This document shows, piece after piece, positions 39,300 through 54,759 of a DNA stretch of 64,000 bases. The number at the start of each line of letters is the position of its first letter. Within the stretch, counting starts at the first letter, position 1. Source of the stretch: the human T2T-CHM13v2.0 reference genome, Homo sapiens. The stretch is taken from NCBI RefSeq assembly GCF_009914755.1, contig NC_060936.1. The stretch is one strand, 5' to 3'. The notes below the pieces were generated by a model. That model saw only the letters and a list, made by a program, of their open reading frames with translations. It made no database searches and was not told where the DNA came from. A program made the position numbers and the translations under genes.

Positions 39300-40210
39300 A
39301 CACATCACTCAAGAGTTTACTAAGCTGCTAGTATCTGCCAGACACTTCCTACTATGTGCTGTTCCCTATTCTAAGCACTGGGGATGTGGCGGGAAAGAAG
39401 ACAGATAAAGTTGCTGCCCTCATAAAGATGATGTCTCATGTGTATGGGGTGGGGAGGGATGATAGATGACAAACACAGACATCTGCAAACATATGCACAG
39501 ATATAATGCAGTTCCACATAGCAATCATTACTATGCAGATGATAAAGCAGTGTAGTGGAATAGAGACTGACTGGAAGACAGGAGTGGGTGTGCTGTCTTT
39601 GGCGTCTGTAGATGTGGGTAATAGGAAAAACATTTTCAGAAGAGGTGAGATTTCCATTAAGACGTAAATGTGGAGAAGCAGCCAGCCATGCAAAGGCATC
39701 AGAGGGGGACACTGCAAGCAGAGAAGACTCTTGAGTACAAATATCCTAAGAAAGGAACATGTCATGGTCAAGGGACAGAGAGAAGACCCTTGTGGATGGA
39801 CAATTGTGAGCCAGGGAGAGAGAGGTAAGAGATCAAGCTGGGGAGAGAATCAGGGGCCAAACATAAAGAGCCTTCTGGGTTCCAGCAAGGAGTTTGAGTT
39901 ATACTCAAATTATAGTGGAAAATCACTAGAAAATTTGGAGGAGGAATATGATACAATATGAATGTTACTTTTTAAAAGATTATTTCAGCTGTTGAGGGTG
40001 AAAAGAATATGAGGGCATATGCAGAATCCAGGAGTCCATTTGAGGGGCCACTACGGGGTCACTGAGATGGGGATGGTAACTGCAGAATTAGTCAGAAGTG
40101 GTCAAGTTAGGTTATGTTTTTGAGGTGGATCCTATGAAGCTTGGTGACAGAGTGTCAGGTGATGAGTTACAAGGGAATGAACAGAATCAGGAATGACACC
40201 AGGGTCCTCC
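39300..40210 (-). mobile_element. L2 (L2a-like) fragment
   Basis: ctaagcactggggat...gctgccctcat, gagtttgagttatactc...ggaaaatcactagaaaattt and gaatcaggaatgacacc. Confidence 0.75.
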
Positions 40211-40816
40211 ATATGTAACAGAAAAAGAAGCATGATTACTGAGGCACATCCCACTCCTTGGTATAGGAAAGTTATATATAATTTTTTTCTTTCTCAGGCT
40301 TCTGACACGCAGAAGTTTCCACTCAATGCTATCAGAAAGCTGTGACTGGATAGGTTGAATGAAAACATACGTGATTATGAATATACAATGTACAGCATAT
40401 CCTGACATAAGATTTGTTTCTTGGGGTAGGAGACTTGTTTTCCAGGGTTTTTATGAAAATAATAGATTAGGTGAGGATGATTGGACTCATACTTTAAAAC
40501 AAGAAATATATACACCTTTGCTAAGTAGCTACATCATTTAACACATGGACTACTAGGAATATATACAGTGGAGTACCAGCTACAGATGAAAGATCAGCCT
40601 GTTCTGATGCCCCCTGTATTCTTTTTCTTCTTGCATAGTCCACGTCCTGCTGATTCCTCTTGTATGTGTTCATGTTGTTCCTGCATGGTGAAGATCAGAG
40701 TCCTCACTTTCTATCTCTAATTATAAACTTACTCAACTCACATTAACAAAAATCTGCTTCCATTGTGTTTCTAAGGGTGCCTATTTTCTCCCAACTCTTG
40801 GAAAAATTTCTCCTAC

Positions 40817-43499
40817 TATATTAATCTGTTCTCACACTGCTTATAAAGACATATACGAGACTGGATAATTTATAAAGAAAAAGAGGTTGAATGGACTCAC
40901 AGTTCCATATGGCTGGGATGGCCTCACAATCATGGTGGAAGGCGAAGGGGAAGGAAGGCATGTCTTACATGGCAGCAGACAAGGATGCTTGTGCAGGGGA
41001 ACCCCCGTTTATAAAACCATCAGATCTCATGACACATATTCACTACCATGAAAACAGTAAGGGGTAAACTGCCCCCATGATTCAATTATGTCCACCTGGC
41101 CCTGCTTTTGACACATGGGGATTAGTATAATTCATGGTGAGAGTTGGGTGGGGACACAGCCAAACCATATCATTCCACACCTGACCCCTTCCAAATCTCA
41201 TGTCTTCATATTTCAAAACAAATCATGCCTTCCCAACAGTTCCCCAAAGTTTTAACTCATTTTAGCATTAACTCAAAATTCCACAGTCCAAAGTCTCATC
41301 TGAGACAAGCCAAGTCCCTTCCACCTATGAGCCTGTAAAATCAAAAGCAAGTTAGTTACTTCCTAGACACAATGGGAGTATAGGCATTAGGTAAACACAC
41401 CCATTCCAAATGGGAGAAATTGGCCAAAATAAAGGGACTATGGGCCCCATGCAAGTCCAAAATCCAGTGGGGCAGTCAAATATTAAAGCTCCAAAATGAT
41501 CTCCTTTGACTCCATGTCTCACATCCTGGTCACACTGATGCAAGAGGTGGGCTTCCATGGCCTTGGGCAGCTCTGCCTCTGTGGCTTTACAGGGCACAGC
41601 CCCACTTCTGGCTGCTTTCATTGGCTGGCATTAAGTGTCTGTGGCTTTTCCAGGTGCAAGGTGGAAGCTATCAGTGGATCTACCATTCTGGGGTCTGGGG
41701 GACAGTGACCCTCTTCTCACAGCTCCACTAGGCAGTGCCCCAGTGGGGACTCTGTGTAGAGGCTCCAATCCCACATTTCCCTTCCACACTGCTCTAGCAG
41801 AGGTTCTCCATGAGGGCCCCGCCCCTGCAGCAAACTTATCCCTAGACATTTAAGTTTCCATATGATGTGGTTTGGCTGTGGCCCCATTCAAATCTCAGCT
41901 TGAATTGTATCTCACAGAATTCCCATGTGTTGTGGGAGGGGCCCAGCGGGAGGTAATTGAATCATGGGGGCTGGTCTTTCCCATGCTATTCTTGTGATAG
42001 TGAATAAGTCTCATAAGATCTGATGGATGTATCAGGGGTTTCTGCTTTTGCTTCCTTCTCATTTTTTTTCTCTTGCTGCTGCCATGTAAGAAGTACCTTT
42101 CACATCCCACCATGATTCTGAGGCCTCCCAAGCCATGTGGAACTGTAAGTCCAATTAAACCTCTTTTGCTTCCCAGTCTCGGGTATGTCTTTATCAGCAA
42201 AGTAAAAACGTACTAATACACCATACATCCTCTGAAATCTAGGCAGAGGTTCCCAAACCTCAATTCTTGACTTCTGTGTACCCATAGGCCCAACACCATG
42301 TGTAAGCTGCCAAGGCTTGGGGCTTGCACCCTCTGAAGCAATGGCCTGATCTGTACGTTGGCCCCTTTTAGCAATGGCTGGAGCTAAAGCAACTGGGAGG
42401 CTGGGCGCCATGTCCTGAGGCTGCACGCCATGTCCTGAGGCTGCATAGCGCAGGGGAGCTCTGGACCCAGCCCGGGAAACCATTCTTTCTCCTTGGTTTC
42501 CAGGCCTGCAGTGGGAGAGGCTGCCAGGAAGGCCTCCGACATGCCCTGGAGACATTTCCCCCCTTGTCTTGGTGACTAGCATTTGGCTCCTCATTACTTA
42601 AGCAAATTTCCACAGCTGGCTTGAAAAAAGAAAAATTGGTTTTTCTTTTCTACTGCATCATCAGGCTGCAAATTTTCCAAACTTTTATGCTCTGTCACCT
42701 CTTGAATGCTTTGCCACTTAGAAATTTCTTCCAACAGATACCCCAAATCATCTCTGTCAAGTTCAAAGTTCCACAGATCTCTAGGGCAGGGGCAAAATGC
42801 CACCAGTCTATTTGCATAGCAAGAGTGACCTTTACTCTGTTTCCCAACAAGTTCATCTCCATCTGAGACCACCTCAGCCTGGATTTTATTGTCATAATCA
42901 CTATCAGCATTTTAGTCAAAGCCATTCAACAAATCTCTAGGAAGTTCAAAACTGTCACATCTTCCTGTCTTCTGTGTCCTCCAAGTCTCTAGGAAGTGCT
43001 AAACTTTCCCACACTTTTCTGTCTTCTTCTGAGCCCTTCAAACTATTCCCACGTCTGCCTATTATCCAGTTCCAAAATCACTTCCACAGTTTCAGTATCT
43101 TAATAGCAGTAACCCACCCTACTGGTACTATTTACTGTATTAGTCCATTTTTATACTGCTATGAAGAAATGCCCAAGGCTGGGTAATTTATAAAGAAAAA
43201 GTGGATTAATGGATTCAAAGTTCCACATGGCTGGGGAAGCCTCACAATCATGACGGAAGGTGAACGAGGAACAAAGGCACGTCTTACATGGTGTCAGGTA
43301 AGAGGACGTGTGCAGGAGAACTGCCCTTTGTAAAACTGTCAGATCTCATGAGACTTATTCACTATTGTAAGAATAGCATGAGCAAAACCTGCCACCATGA
43401 TTCAATTACCTCCTTCTGGGTCCCTTCTACAACATGTGGGGATTATGGGAGCTACAATTCAAGATGAGATTTGGGTGGGGACATAGCCAAACCATATCA
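40817..43499 (-). mobile_element. Full THE1 (THE1B/C-like) MaLR element: LTR 43136-43499, internal, LTR 40817-41172
   Basis: Two THE1 LTRs in the same orientation flank THE1-int sequence (ORF remnants ASPKPWQL..GV, AFCPCPRDLWNFEL, HQCDQDVRHGVKGDHFG). Confidence 0.95.
41863..42220 (+). mobile_element. Solo THE1A-like LTR nested antisense in THE1-int
   Basis: tgatgtggtttggctgtg...ctaataca. Exact TSD CCATA at 41858-41862 and 42221-42225. Confidence 0.95.
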
Positions 43500-46019
43500 A
43501 CTATTAAATCCTTTTCTGCTTCTTTAGTATAACTGGTCATGTGAAATATATTGACAGACATTCTTTTAGTATTTAACTAAAGATTATACACACACAAATA
43601 TATCTTCACACATATAGATAGATATAGATATAAAATTCTAATTCAGAGAGCTTCTAAATAAAAAACAGAAGTATACACTGAATATGAATAAACTGTGTTT
43701 TAACTGAAAAAGCTGTGGTTATAAAGTGACATCATGCTGCTAACAATGTCTTTAAAAGTTCCAGCTGTGAACTGACACATGCTGGACATGAAAACTACAA
43801 CTCTGACATGAAAATGTGATGTGGCCAACTCATTAAAAATATCACTGACATCAAAATAAGCTCTGGAATTTTTTCACTACAGCATCTGTAAAGATCTCAT
43901 TACTGGCATTTTGACAACTGCATATATTTCAGAGTGTGGGTTTACTGTTCCAGGTGCAGTTTGCAAAACATTCCCTTCTTCCATTTTGCAAGTTCTTCAT
44001 ATTGAAATGGTATTAGGTTGAAAGTTCTTGTCTCATCTTATAGCACTATGCGCAGGAGGCACTTTACTTGGTAGTGATACATGTCTTAGGCACCTTGGGT
44101 TCTTTTATGATTTCCATGCCACACAGAGCTCAGGGTGGACACACTGCAGGGCTTCAGGATACATTTCCTATTCCCCTTCTTCCCTCCCATCATGAACCCT
44201 CTTGCACTAATCTTCTATGACCAATTTCTGTCCCATTCCTTATACCTAGATTCTGTCTCCGTGTCTAGCTTCTTCACATTAATACAATATTCAGACTGTA
44301 TTTCTGGCTTTGTACTCCATATCGTCTCTTAGATCACCCTATATCTTGATTGGGCTCCCCATGACCTTAATTCAGGTCATCCACTCCAAGTTTACTCTTG
44401 TCTGAAAATGAGTTTAGAAGTCATATTATCAAAGGCCTGGGTGACGGTGGCAAACCTCCTCTTCAAACACTTTTCTCATCCATTTACTAGTACCTCATCT
44501 GTTTACTAGTACTTATAATTAAATTATGCCATAAACATAACATTATTTCATAATGCCAAGACATTTTCTTGTCATTCTAGAATCTTTAGTACTTGCTAAA
44601 GTTTGAATCATTCCAAGCCTGGCATTTTTAATAATCTGGGTACAAGTTTTTATAAGGAAACAGTGCCTTGGGACTGAGTTGGAAGGGACAAAACCAGGCA
44701 TGTATGTGGGCATCCTTATATGTGCTCAACATTGGGCTGCTGTTTATGTCTCCAAGTCACAAAGTCATACTTTCTTTTACTGCAATTTTTTATTCTTAAA
44801 AATGTGCAGAATTAAATAAGTCCAAGTTTTCAGTAGAAATAACTTGTACAAAGAAGCTGAGGATGGTTTAATCTAATTGCTAATCATGCAGGCAACATGT
44901 TTTCTTAGGAAAGGAATTAGGGAATTAACATGGATTAGGCACCTAGGTGTGTCAGGAGCATCACAAACATCTCACACAACAACCATAGAAGGTAGTCATG
45001 ATTGTTCCCAATTTAGTGAGAAGGAAACTAGGCAAGGCCACAGATCTATTAGTAGCACAGCCAGGATTCAAACCTAAATTATTCTTTCTCTTCATCTCAC
45101 ATATTTGTCACATTCTATATAAAAGAAGAGATTTACTACAGTTAAGAGCTCAGATTTTAGTCAGGTAGACCTGGGTTCAAATCTTCCCTCTGCCCCTATT
45201 AAATTTCTGAGATCCAGGATAAGACAATTTACTTAGGAGCCTTGTTTAATATTCTTTATATCCTTCTGCCAGTTTTACATATATTCCACCTTTGTTGTAA
45301 CCTTCATTTCTGTTGTTTAATGTCTATTATTGTTTTCATTGCTTATTGTCCATATGTCATTAAATGTATATGTCCTCTCTTTTTATCTGTAATTTCCATC
45401 ATTGTGTCAAATTCAGAATTAATTTCTGGTACCTCCTGGTGCTTCAAAATGGAAGGGCTGGGCATTTCAGTATTACTTCAACCGTCATTTCCATACATGC
45501 TAAAGAATATTTCATCAATAATTATTTTTTCAAATAAATTGTCACATTTACAGTATTTCTGTATACAATAAATGTTTGTGGAGTTCATGTATATGACCCA
45601 TGTCAAAATATGGCTCCTTCTAATGATCAGGGAAAGTTTAAAATGGCTGGCTCTTGAAGTAATTGGCTCTTATTTGGACTAATAAATCATGAAAATATGC
45701 ACTGCCTATAAAAATGCATATTCTTCATCTAAAGATTTTTAGTTAAATGCTTACTTCCAAAAACAGGATTGTTGATATGATATGATACAATAATGGCTAA
45801 TATAGTGCTAACCACATGGCAGATACTGCTCCCAGTTTTACATACATAATTTATATATAATCAATTTTTATATATAATTTGTATATAATTATATATAATT
45901 TTACTTATATATAATTTATTACTCATAATAACACTATGAGGAAAGTACTATTATTATTATTATTCTCATTTTACAGAGACATTAAGTAACTTGCCCAAGT
46001 CACATGGCTAGAAAGTGCC

Positions 46020-47440
46020 CATAGGGCACAAATCAGAGATGGAATGAAAATTATTTAATATGTGATATTGGAACTGTTGGTTTTCTGCATGGAAAAAATA
46101 AAATTAGATATCTATCTTAATAAGCCTCAGCTAGATTAATATCTATGTGTAAAATAAATAATTTTAAATATTAGAAGAAAATATAGGGACTAGGCCAGAA
46201 GCAGTGGCTTACACCTGTAATCTCAGCACTTTGGGAGGCAGAGGCAGGCGAATCACCTGAGGCCAGGAGTTCGAGATCAGCCTGGCCAACATAGTGAAAC
46301 CCAGTCTCTACTAAAAATACAAAATTTAGCCAGGCATAGTGACAAGTGCCTGTAGTCCCAGCTACTTGGGAGGCTGAGGCATCAGAATCACTGAACCTGG
46401 GAGGTGGAGGTTGCAGTGAGCAAAGATCACGCCACTGCACTCCAGCGTGGGTGATACAGGGAGACTCCATCTCAAAAAAAAAAAAAATATATATATATAT
46501 ATATTTTAATATAGTAGAGGAGCTTAGAAATAGAGGAGTGTATATATATAAATACATATATATATATAAAATACATATACATACACACATATATTCCATA
46601 TATATATGGAACAAATTTCTAACACTGATGATAAGGAAGCATGCATTATACAAAACAAAAGAAAAATTACACATTTGATGAATCAAAAATTGGTTATATC
46701 AAAATTGAAAGTGCATGTTCAACAAAAGACATATAACTAAAGTTGAAAGTGAAGAACAAACAAGGGAGAAGATAACCAAACTCGTATACAAAATATTTTT
46801 TAAACCTCCAGAAATCAACTTAAAAAAGAAAAATAATCCCACAGAAAATGGACAAAGGATACGAAAAGGTAATAATCAGCAGAGGAAACCCAAATGACCT
46901 GACAAAATGATCAGTTATTTGGAAAATGAAAATTCAAACAGGAAGATATCATTTCTCATCATCAAACTGTCAAAAACTTTAGTGTTGGCAAGAAAGCAGA
47001 GAAATGGGAATGCTATATGTTACCGTAGAAATATAAATGGATAGAACCATTTTGGAGATTTGTCTCATAAGTCAATGTTTGTCTCATAAAACTTTTAAAA
47101 GCAGTTCTAAATATAGGCATATATCCTAGCATGGTTTTTGCATTCATGCTCAAGAAAACTATAGAAAGTTAATCATTACAACAGTGCTTAAAAATAACAA
47201 AATAGAAGGGACAAATGAAGGTAATCTAAATGAGCATCGAAAGTAGACAATTGATGTGACTTATTCATAATATGGAATTCTATACAGCAGTTAAAAGAAA
47301 TGATTTTTTTGCAGCTATAATTGCATATGTATAAATACATACCTTCAACACGAAAAGATTGCAAAAACTTATCTGTGAAAAAATAATTTGCATATCAGGA
47401 GTAATATTTTTCATGTACATTTTCTAAAAAGGACAAATAA
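46020..47440 (+). mobile_element. Old L1M ORF2 3' fragment split by an Alu
   Basis: Degenerate L1 motifs such as ggaaaaaataaaattagata, aatcccacagaaaatggacaaagga and ggaattctatacagcagttaaaagaaatga. Confidence 0.7.
46193..46487 (+). mobile_element. AluS with A tail followed by (TA)n
   Basis: Full dimeric Alu. TA-rich simple repeats continue to about 46607. Confidence 0.95.
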
Positions 47441-48187
47441 AAATTTATTGACCAACATCTTCAAGTAATAATAATTGGATCATTAAGGTAATTAAGAAAT
47501 TAATAATTAAATTATCATTGGATTAATTAGTACAATTAGGACATATCTGCAAAATAGTAAATATTGCTTAATTAGAATAATTAATTAGGAAAATATAGGT
47601 AAAAAATAGGATTTGAGTCATATCTATGGAAATTAAAATGAAATTAGAGTCCTTAAGTAATTAGAGTGGTTAGTGTAATTAAGAAGTAATACTAAAATTT
47701 CTGTGGCTTAACCCAATAATTGATTTATTGCACACATAATTGTCTAGTGCAGGTTTTCCTTATTATCACATACTCTTCCTCCATGATTGATTCAGGGATT
47801 CAGAGGCCAATCTTTAAACATCCAGCCAACGAAAAGAAAAACAGAATGTAGAGAGAGGACAACTGCTTGGTAAAACTTTGGCAAGAAGTGATTTGCATTG
47901 GTGAGAAATAGAAGTCCACACCTAAATAGAGGAGTTTAGAAAGGTAGCCACTGGCTGAACAGCCATTTCCCAGTGACAACTCTAAACTATGAAATGCAAG
48001 CAGAAATTGTAGCAAACAGCTGGCCATCTGTAATTCACACCAAATTTAGTATTTTCTTATAAATGAAGGCAAGTCAGGGAGTGGGAGAGTGGAAGAGAGA
48101 CAAAAAAGACTTGAACATAATTTATATTGCTTTGTAGAAAAAAGATGTAAATCAAATATGAGACAGTTAATAATTGTTCTGTAAGTA

Positions 48188-48680
48188 CAAGCATAGCTCA
48201 TTTTATTGCACTTTGCAGATATTGCGCTTTTTATGAATTGAAGGTTTGTGGCAACCTTGCAGGGCAATGATGCTTTACAAGCCTACTGGCACCACTTTTC
48301 CAACAGCACGCACTCACTTCGTGCCTCTGTGTCACATTTTGGTAATTATCTCAATATTTCCAACTTTTTCATTATTATTATATCTGTTATGGTGATCTGC
48401 AATTGGGTCACCATGAACCATTCCCCTATAACACAGTGAACTTAATCCATAATTGTGTGTGTTCTGACTGCTTCACCAACCTGCCATTACCCCTCATCTC
48501 TCTCCCTCTCTTCAGGCCTCTCTATTCCCTGAGATACAACAATATTGACATTTGGCCAACTAATAATCCTACAATGGCCACTAAGTGTTCAAATGAAATG
48601 GTCACACATCTCTCACTTTAAAACAAAAACTAGAAATGATTGAGCTTAGTGAGAAAGGCATGTCAAAAACTGACACAGGC
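48188..48680 (+). mobile_element. Tigger1 DNA transposon 5' end with transposase N-terminus
   Basis: TA followed by caagcatagctcattttattgcac...gaaggtttgtggcaacc. Peptides MATKCSNE and KLEMIELSEKGMSK match the Tigger1 transposase start. Truncated at the Alu. Confidence 0.9.
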
Positions 48681-49838
48681 CAAGCTTGGTGGCTCACACC
48701 TGTCATCTCAGTGCTTTGGGAGGGGAGGCCAAGGGTTGGGAGGCCAAGGCGGGAGAATCACTTGAGGCTAGGAGTTCAAGGCCAGTCTGGGCAACATAGC
48801 AAGACTTTGTCTCGAAGAAACTGCCAAGATGGCCAAATAGGAACAGCTCCAGTCTACAGCTCCCAGCGTGAGTGACGCAGAAGATGGGTGATTTCTGCAT
48901 TTCCAACTGAGGCACCAGGTTCATCTCACTGGGGAGTGTCAGAAAGTGGGTGCAGGACAGTGGGTGCAGTGCACCAAGCGTGAGCCGAAGCAGGGCAAGG
49001 CATCGCCTCACCCAGGAAGTGCAAGGGGTCAGGGAATTCCCTTTCCTAGTCAAAGAAAGGGGTGACAGACGGCACCAGGAAAATCAGATCACTCCCACCC
49101 TAATACTGCACTTTTCCAACGGTCTTAGCAAACAGCACACCAGGAGATTATATCCCGCGCATGGCTCAGAAGGTCCTATGCCCACGGAGCCTCGCTCACT
49201 GCTAGCAGAGCAGTCTGAGATCAAACTGCAAGGCGGCAGCGAGGCTAGGGGAGCGGTGCCCGCCATTGCCGAGGCTTGAGTAGGTAAACAAAGTGACTGG
49301 GAAGCTCTAACTGGGTGGAGCCCACCACAACTCAAGGAGGCCTGCCTGCCTCTGTAGACTCCACCTCTGGGAGCAGGGCATAGCCAAACAAAAGGCAGTA
49401 GAAACCTCTGCAGACTTAAATGTCCCTCTCTGACAGCTTTGAAGAGAGTAGTGGTTCTCCCGGCACGCAGCTTGAGATCTGAGAACGGACAGACTGCCTC
49501 AAGTGGGTCCCTGACCCCCAAGTAGCCTAACTGGGAGGCACCCCCTAGGAGGGGCAGACTGACACCTCACACGGCCGGGTACTCCTCTGAGACAAAACTT
49601 CCAGAGGAATGATCAGGCAGCAACATTTGCTGCTCACCAATATCCGCTGTTCTGCAGCCTCCACTGCTGATACCCAGGCAAACAAGGTCTGGAGTGGACT
49701 TTCAGCAAACTCCAACAGACCTGCAGCTGCGAGTTCTGACTGTTAGAAGGAAAACTAACAAACAGAAAGGACGTCCACACCAAAACCCCATCTGTAAGTC
49801 ACCATCATCAAAGACCAAAGGTAGATAAAACCACAAAG

Positions 49839-50854
49839 ATGGGGAAAAAACAGAGCAGAAAAACTGGAAACTCTAAAAATCAGAGCACCTCTCGTCCTCC
49901 AAAGGAATGCAGCTCCTCACCAGCAATGGAACAAAGCTAGACAGAGAATGACTTTGACAAGTTGAGAGAAGAAGGCTTCAGACGACCAAACTATTCTGAG
50001 CTAAAGGAGGAAGTTTGAACCCATGGCAAAGAAGTTAAAAATCTTGAAAAAAGATTAGATGAATGGCTAACTAGAACAAACAATGCAGAGAATCCTTAAA
50101 GGACCTGATGGAGTTGAAAACCATGGCATGAGAACTACAAGATGAATGCAAAAGCTTCAGTAGCCGATTCGATCAACTGGAAGAAGAGGTATCACTGATG
50201 GAAGATCAAATGAATGAAATGAAGCAAGAAGAGAAGTTTAGAGAAAAAAGAATAAAAAGAAACAAACAAAGCCTCCAAGAAATATGGGACTATGTGAAAA
50301 GACCAAATCTACGTCTGATCGGTGTACCTGAAAGTGACGGGGAGAATGGAACCAAGTTGGAAAACACTCTGCAGGATATTATCCAGGAGAACTTCCCCAA
50401 TCTAGCAAGGCAGGCCAACATTCTAATTCAGGAAATAAAGAGAATGCCACAAAGATACTCCTCGAGAAGAGCAACTCCAAGACACATAATTGTCAGATTC
50501 ACCAAAGTTGAAATGAAGGAAAAAATGTTAAGGGAAGCCAGACAGAAAGGTCGGGTTACCCACAAAGGGAAGCCCATCAGACTAACAGCTGATCTTTTGG
50601 CAGAAACTCTCCAAGCCAGAAGAGAGTGGGGGCCAATATTCAACATTCTTAAAGAAAAGAATTTTCAACCCAGAATTTCATATCCAGCCAAATTAAGCTT
50701 CATAAGTGAAGGAGAAATAAAATCCTTTACAGACAAGCAAATGCTGAGAGACTCTGTCACCACCAGGCCTGCCCTAAAAGAGCTCCTGAAGGAAGCACTA
50801 AACATGGAAAGGAACAACCGGTACCAGCCACTGCAAAATCATGCCAAATTGTAA
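49839..50854 (+). pseudogene. L1 ORF1p (disrupted in the N-terminal part; C-terminal 218 aa open)
   Basis: ATGGGGAAAAAACAG start with premature stops upstream of 50198. ORF 50198-50854 contains SLQEIWDYVKRPNLRLIGVPE...YPAKLSF. Confidence 0.95.
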
Positions 50855-50917
50855 AGACCATCGAGGCTAGGAAGAAACTGCATCAACTAACGAGCAAAAC
50901 AACCAGCTAACATCATA

Positions 50918-52889
<1,972 letters not shown>

Positions 52890-54759
52890 ACAATGAGAAC
52901 ACGTGGACACAGGAAGGGGAACAGCACACACCGGGGCCTCTTGTGTGGTGGGGGGAGGGGGGAGGGATAGCATTAGGAGATATACCTAATGTTAAATGAC
53001 GAGTTAATGGGTGCAGCACACCAACATAGCACGCATATACTTACGTAAGAAACCTGCACGTTGTGCACAGGTACCCTAAAACTTAAAGTATATATATAAA
53101 AAAAAAGACCTTGTCTCTACAAAAAAACTTAAAAATTAGCCAGCCTGAGTTGGGAGGATCACTTGAGGCCAAGAATTTGAGGCTGCAGTGAACTATGATC
53201 ATTCCACTACACTACAGTGGTAATAGAGCAAGACCTTGTCCCTAAAAAATATAACAAGATAAAAATTTAAAGGCCGATTTGCAAGGAAATATTGAGGTTA
53301 GAATTCTGCGTATACTTTTTAAGCAATGGTACATGAGTTAGTTAAATAGGTACTGTTTTGTAAAGCCAGTTAAAATTTTTTCTATCCATTTTAAAGTATG
53401 TTGAAACTATGGGTGACTTGAAATGTATTTCTAATATATAGGTAGGGTTTTTTTTTTTACCTAGCTGTTTAATTGTTCTGTGATTAATACGCTATTGAAA
53501 AAATGAATTGTTAATTGTTGGGATTTTTCTTACATTATGTGGCAGGTTGTAGGTACCCATTTTGCACAGCCACCTTCTATTCTTATGTGAAAAAAATTCT
53601 CTTTGTTGCAAAAAAAGTTTATTTATTTATTGCTAATAAAGAGTTTGTGTCAATATGACAAAAAAAATTTTCAGCCAAGACAGACCAACAGCTAGACATC
53701 TTGCACCAAACAGCCAAGTTGTAAATGCTGGTTTGAATTCTGACTCTGCTACTGCACCATGTACCTTAGTCACACTTTTTGACCTCCCTGAGCAAATGGG
53801 AATAATAATATGTATCTCATAAATTGTTGAAAAGACCCAATTAGATATTTTATGTAAATTGCTTGCCACATAGTAGGGATTTAAAAATATCAACCCCTTT
53901 CTTTTTGGTTTGTCTGGTAATTACCATCCAAAGAATAAGAGTAGCGGGCATAATAACACTTCCAAATTTCTTTTTATATACCACAGTGCTGCAGGCACAA
54001 GCTTACTTGCACAAACTGTTCAAATTAAATTGCTCATGTTTTGTCACTTCTGGAAATCTAACTTTCTTATTGTGTTATACAGTTTAATTTTTCTTTAGTT
54101 TCCTTCACATGGTTTGTCTTTATGCACATGATTTCCATATCATGGTACTGAGTTGTCCTCAGTTATATGCTCTGATATCTACTGTGTTATTCATGTTGAT
54201 AGCTTTATAGATTTTCCCTTGACATATTTTTCTTTTATCGTTGTCTGAAACCGTCCTGTGTCTCATGGCCCAGTGTTTCTCTTTTGCGTGTCCCTTTTCT
54301 CTAGTCTGGAAAATACTTCAGTGTCTGCCCAGGACAGAAAACAAACCAAAAAAAAAAAAAAAACCCCACACACATCCCAGAGGTTTTTAGACCCTAATCA
54401 CTTGAAGGGTATATGGTGCATTCAGCCCAGGTATTCTCTGGTAATTCTCTGCCTTTTACAACTGGTTTCCATGCAGTCAGCTGGAAAAATATAATAAAAT
54501 CCAAGTAAGGTCAAGCCAGGAAGTCTATCCCAACTTCCTTCAAGTCACCTAAGTAATCACTTAGAAACAAAGGCTAAAGTAGTCCTGTGTAACCTGTAGT
54601 ACTAGCACTGCCTGACTGCTGATAATCACAGAAGGCTCACTAAACAACCAAGCCCAGAGGATGCATAACTTTAGCACAGGAAACAGAAGGAAAGATGAGA
54701 TACTTCCCTTCCTAACTCTGATTTCTTCTCTCAACTTCAAATGCCTTTAAACATATTTT

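Noticed and set aside
41144-43186. Dense overlapping ORFs on both strands
   Set aside because: THE1 internal sequence, fragmented and frameshifted.
46171-46686. 171-aa ORF with hydrophobic N-terminus
   Set aside because: Antisense Alu plus (TA)n translation.
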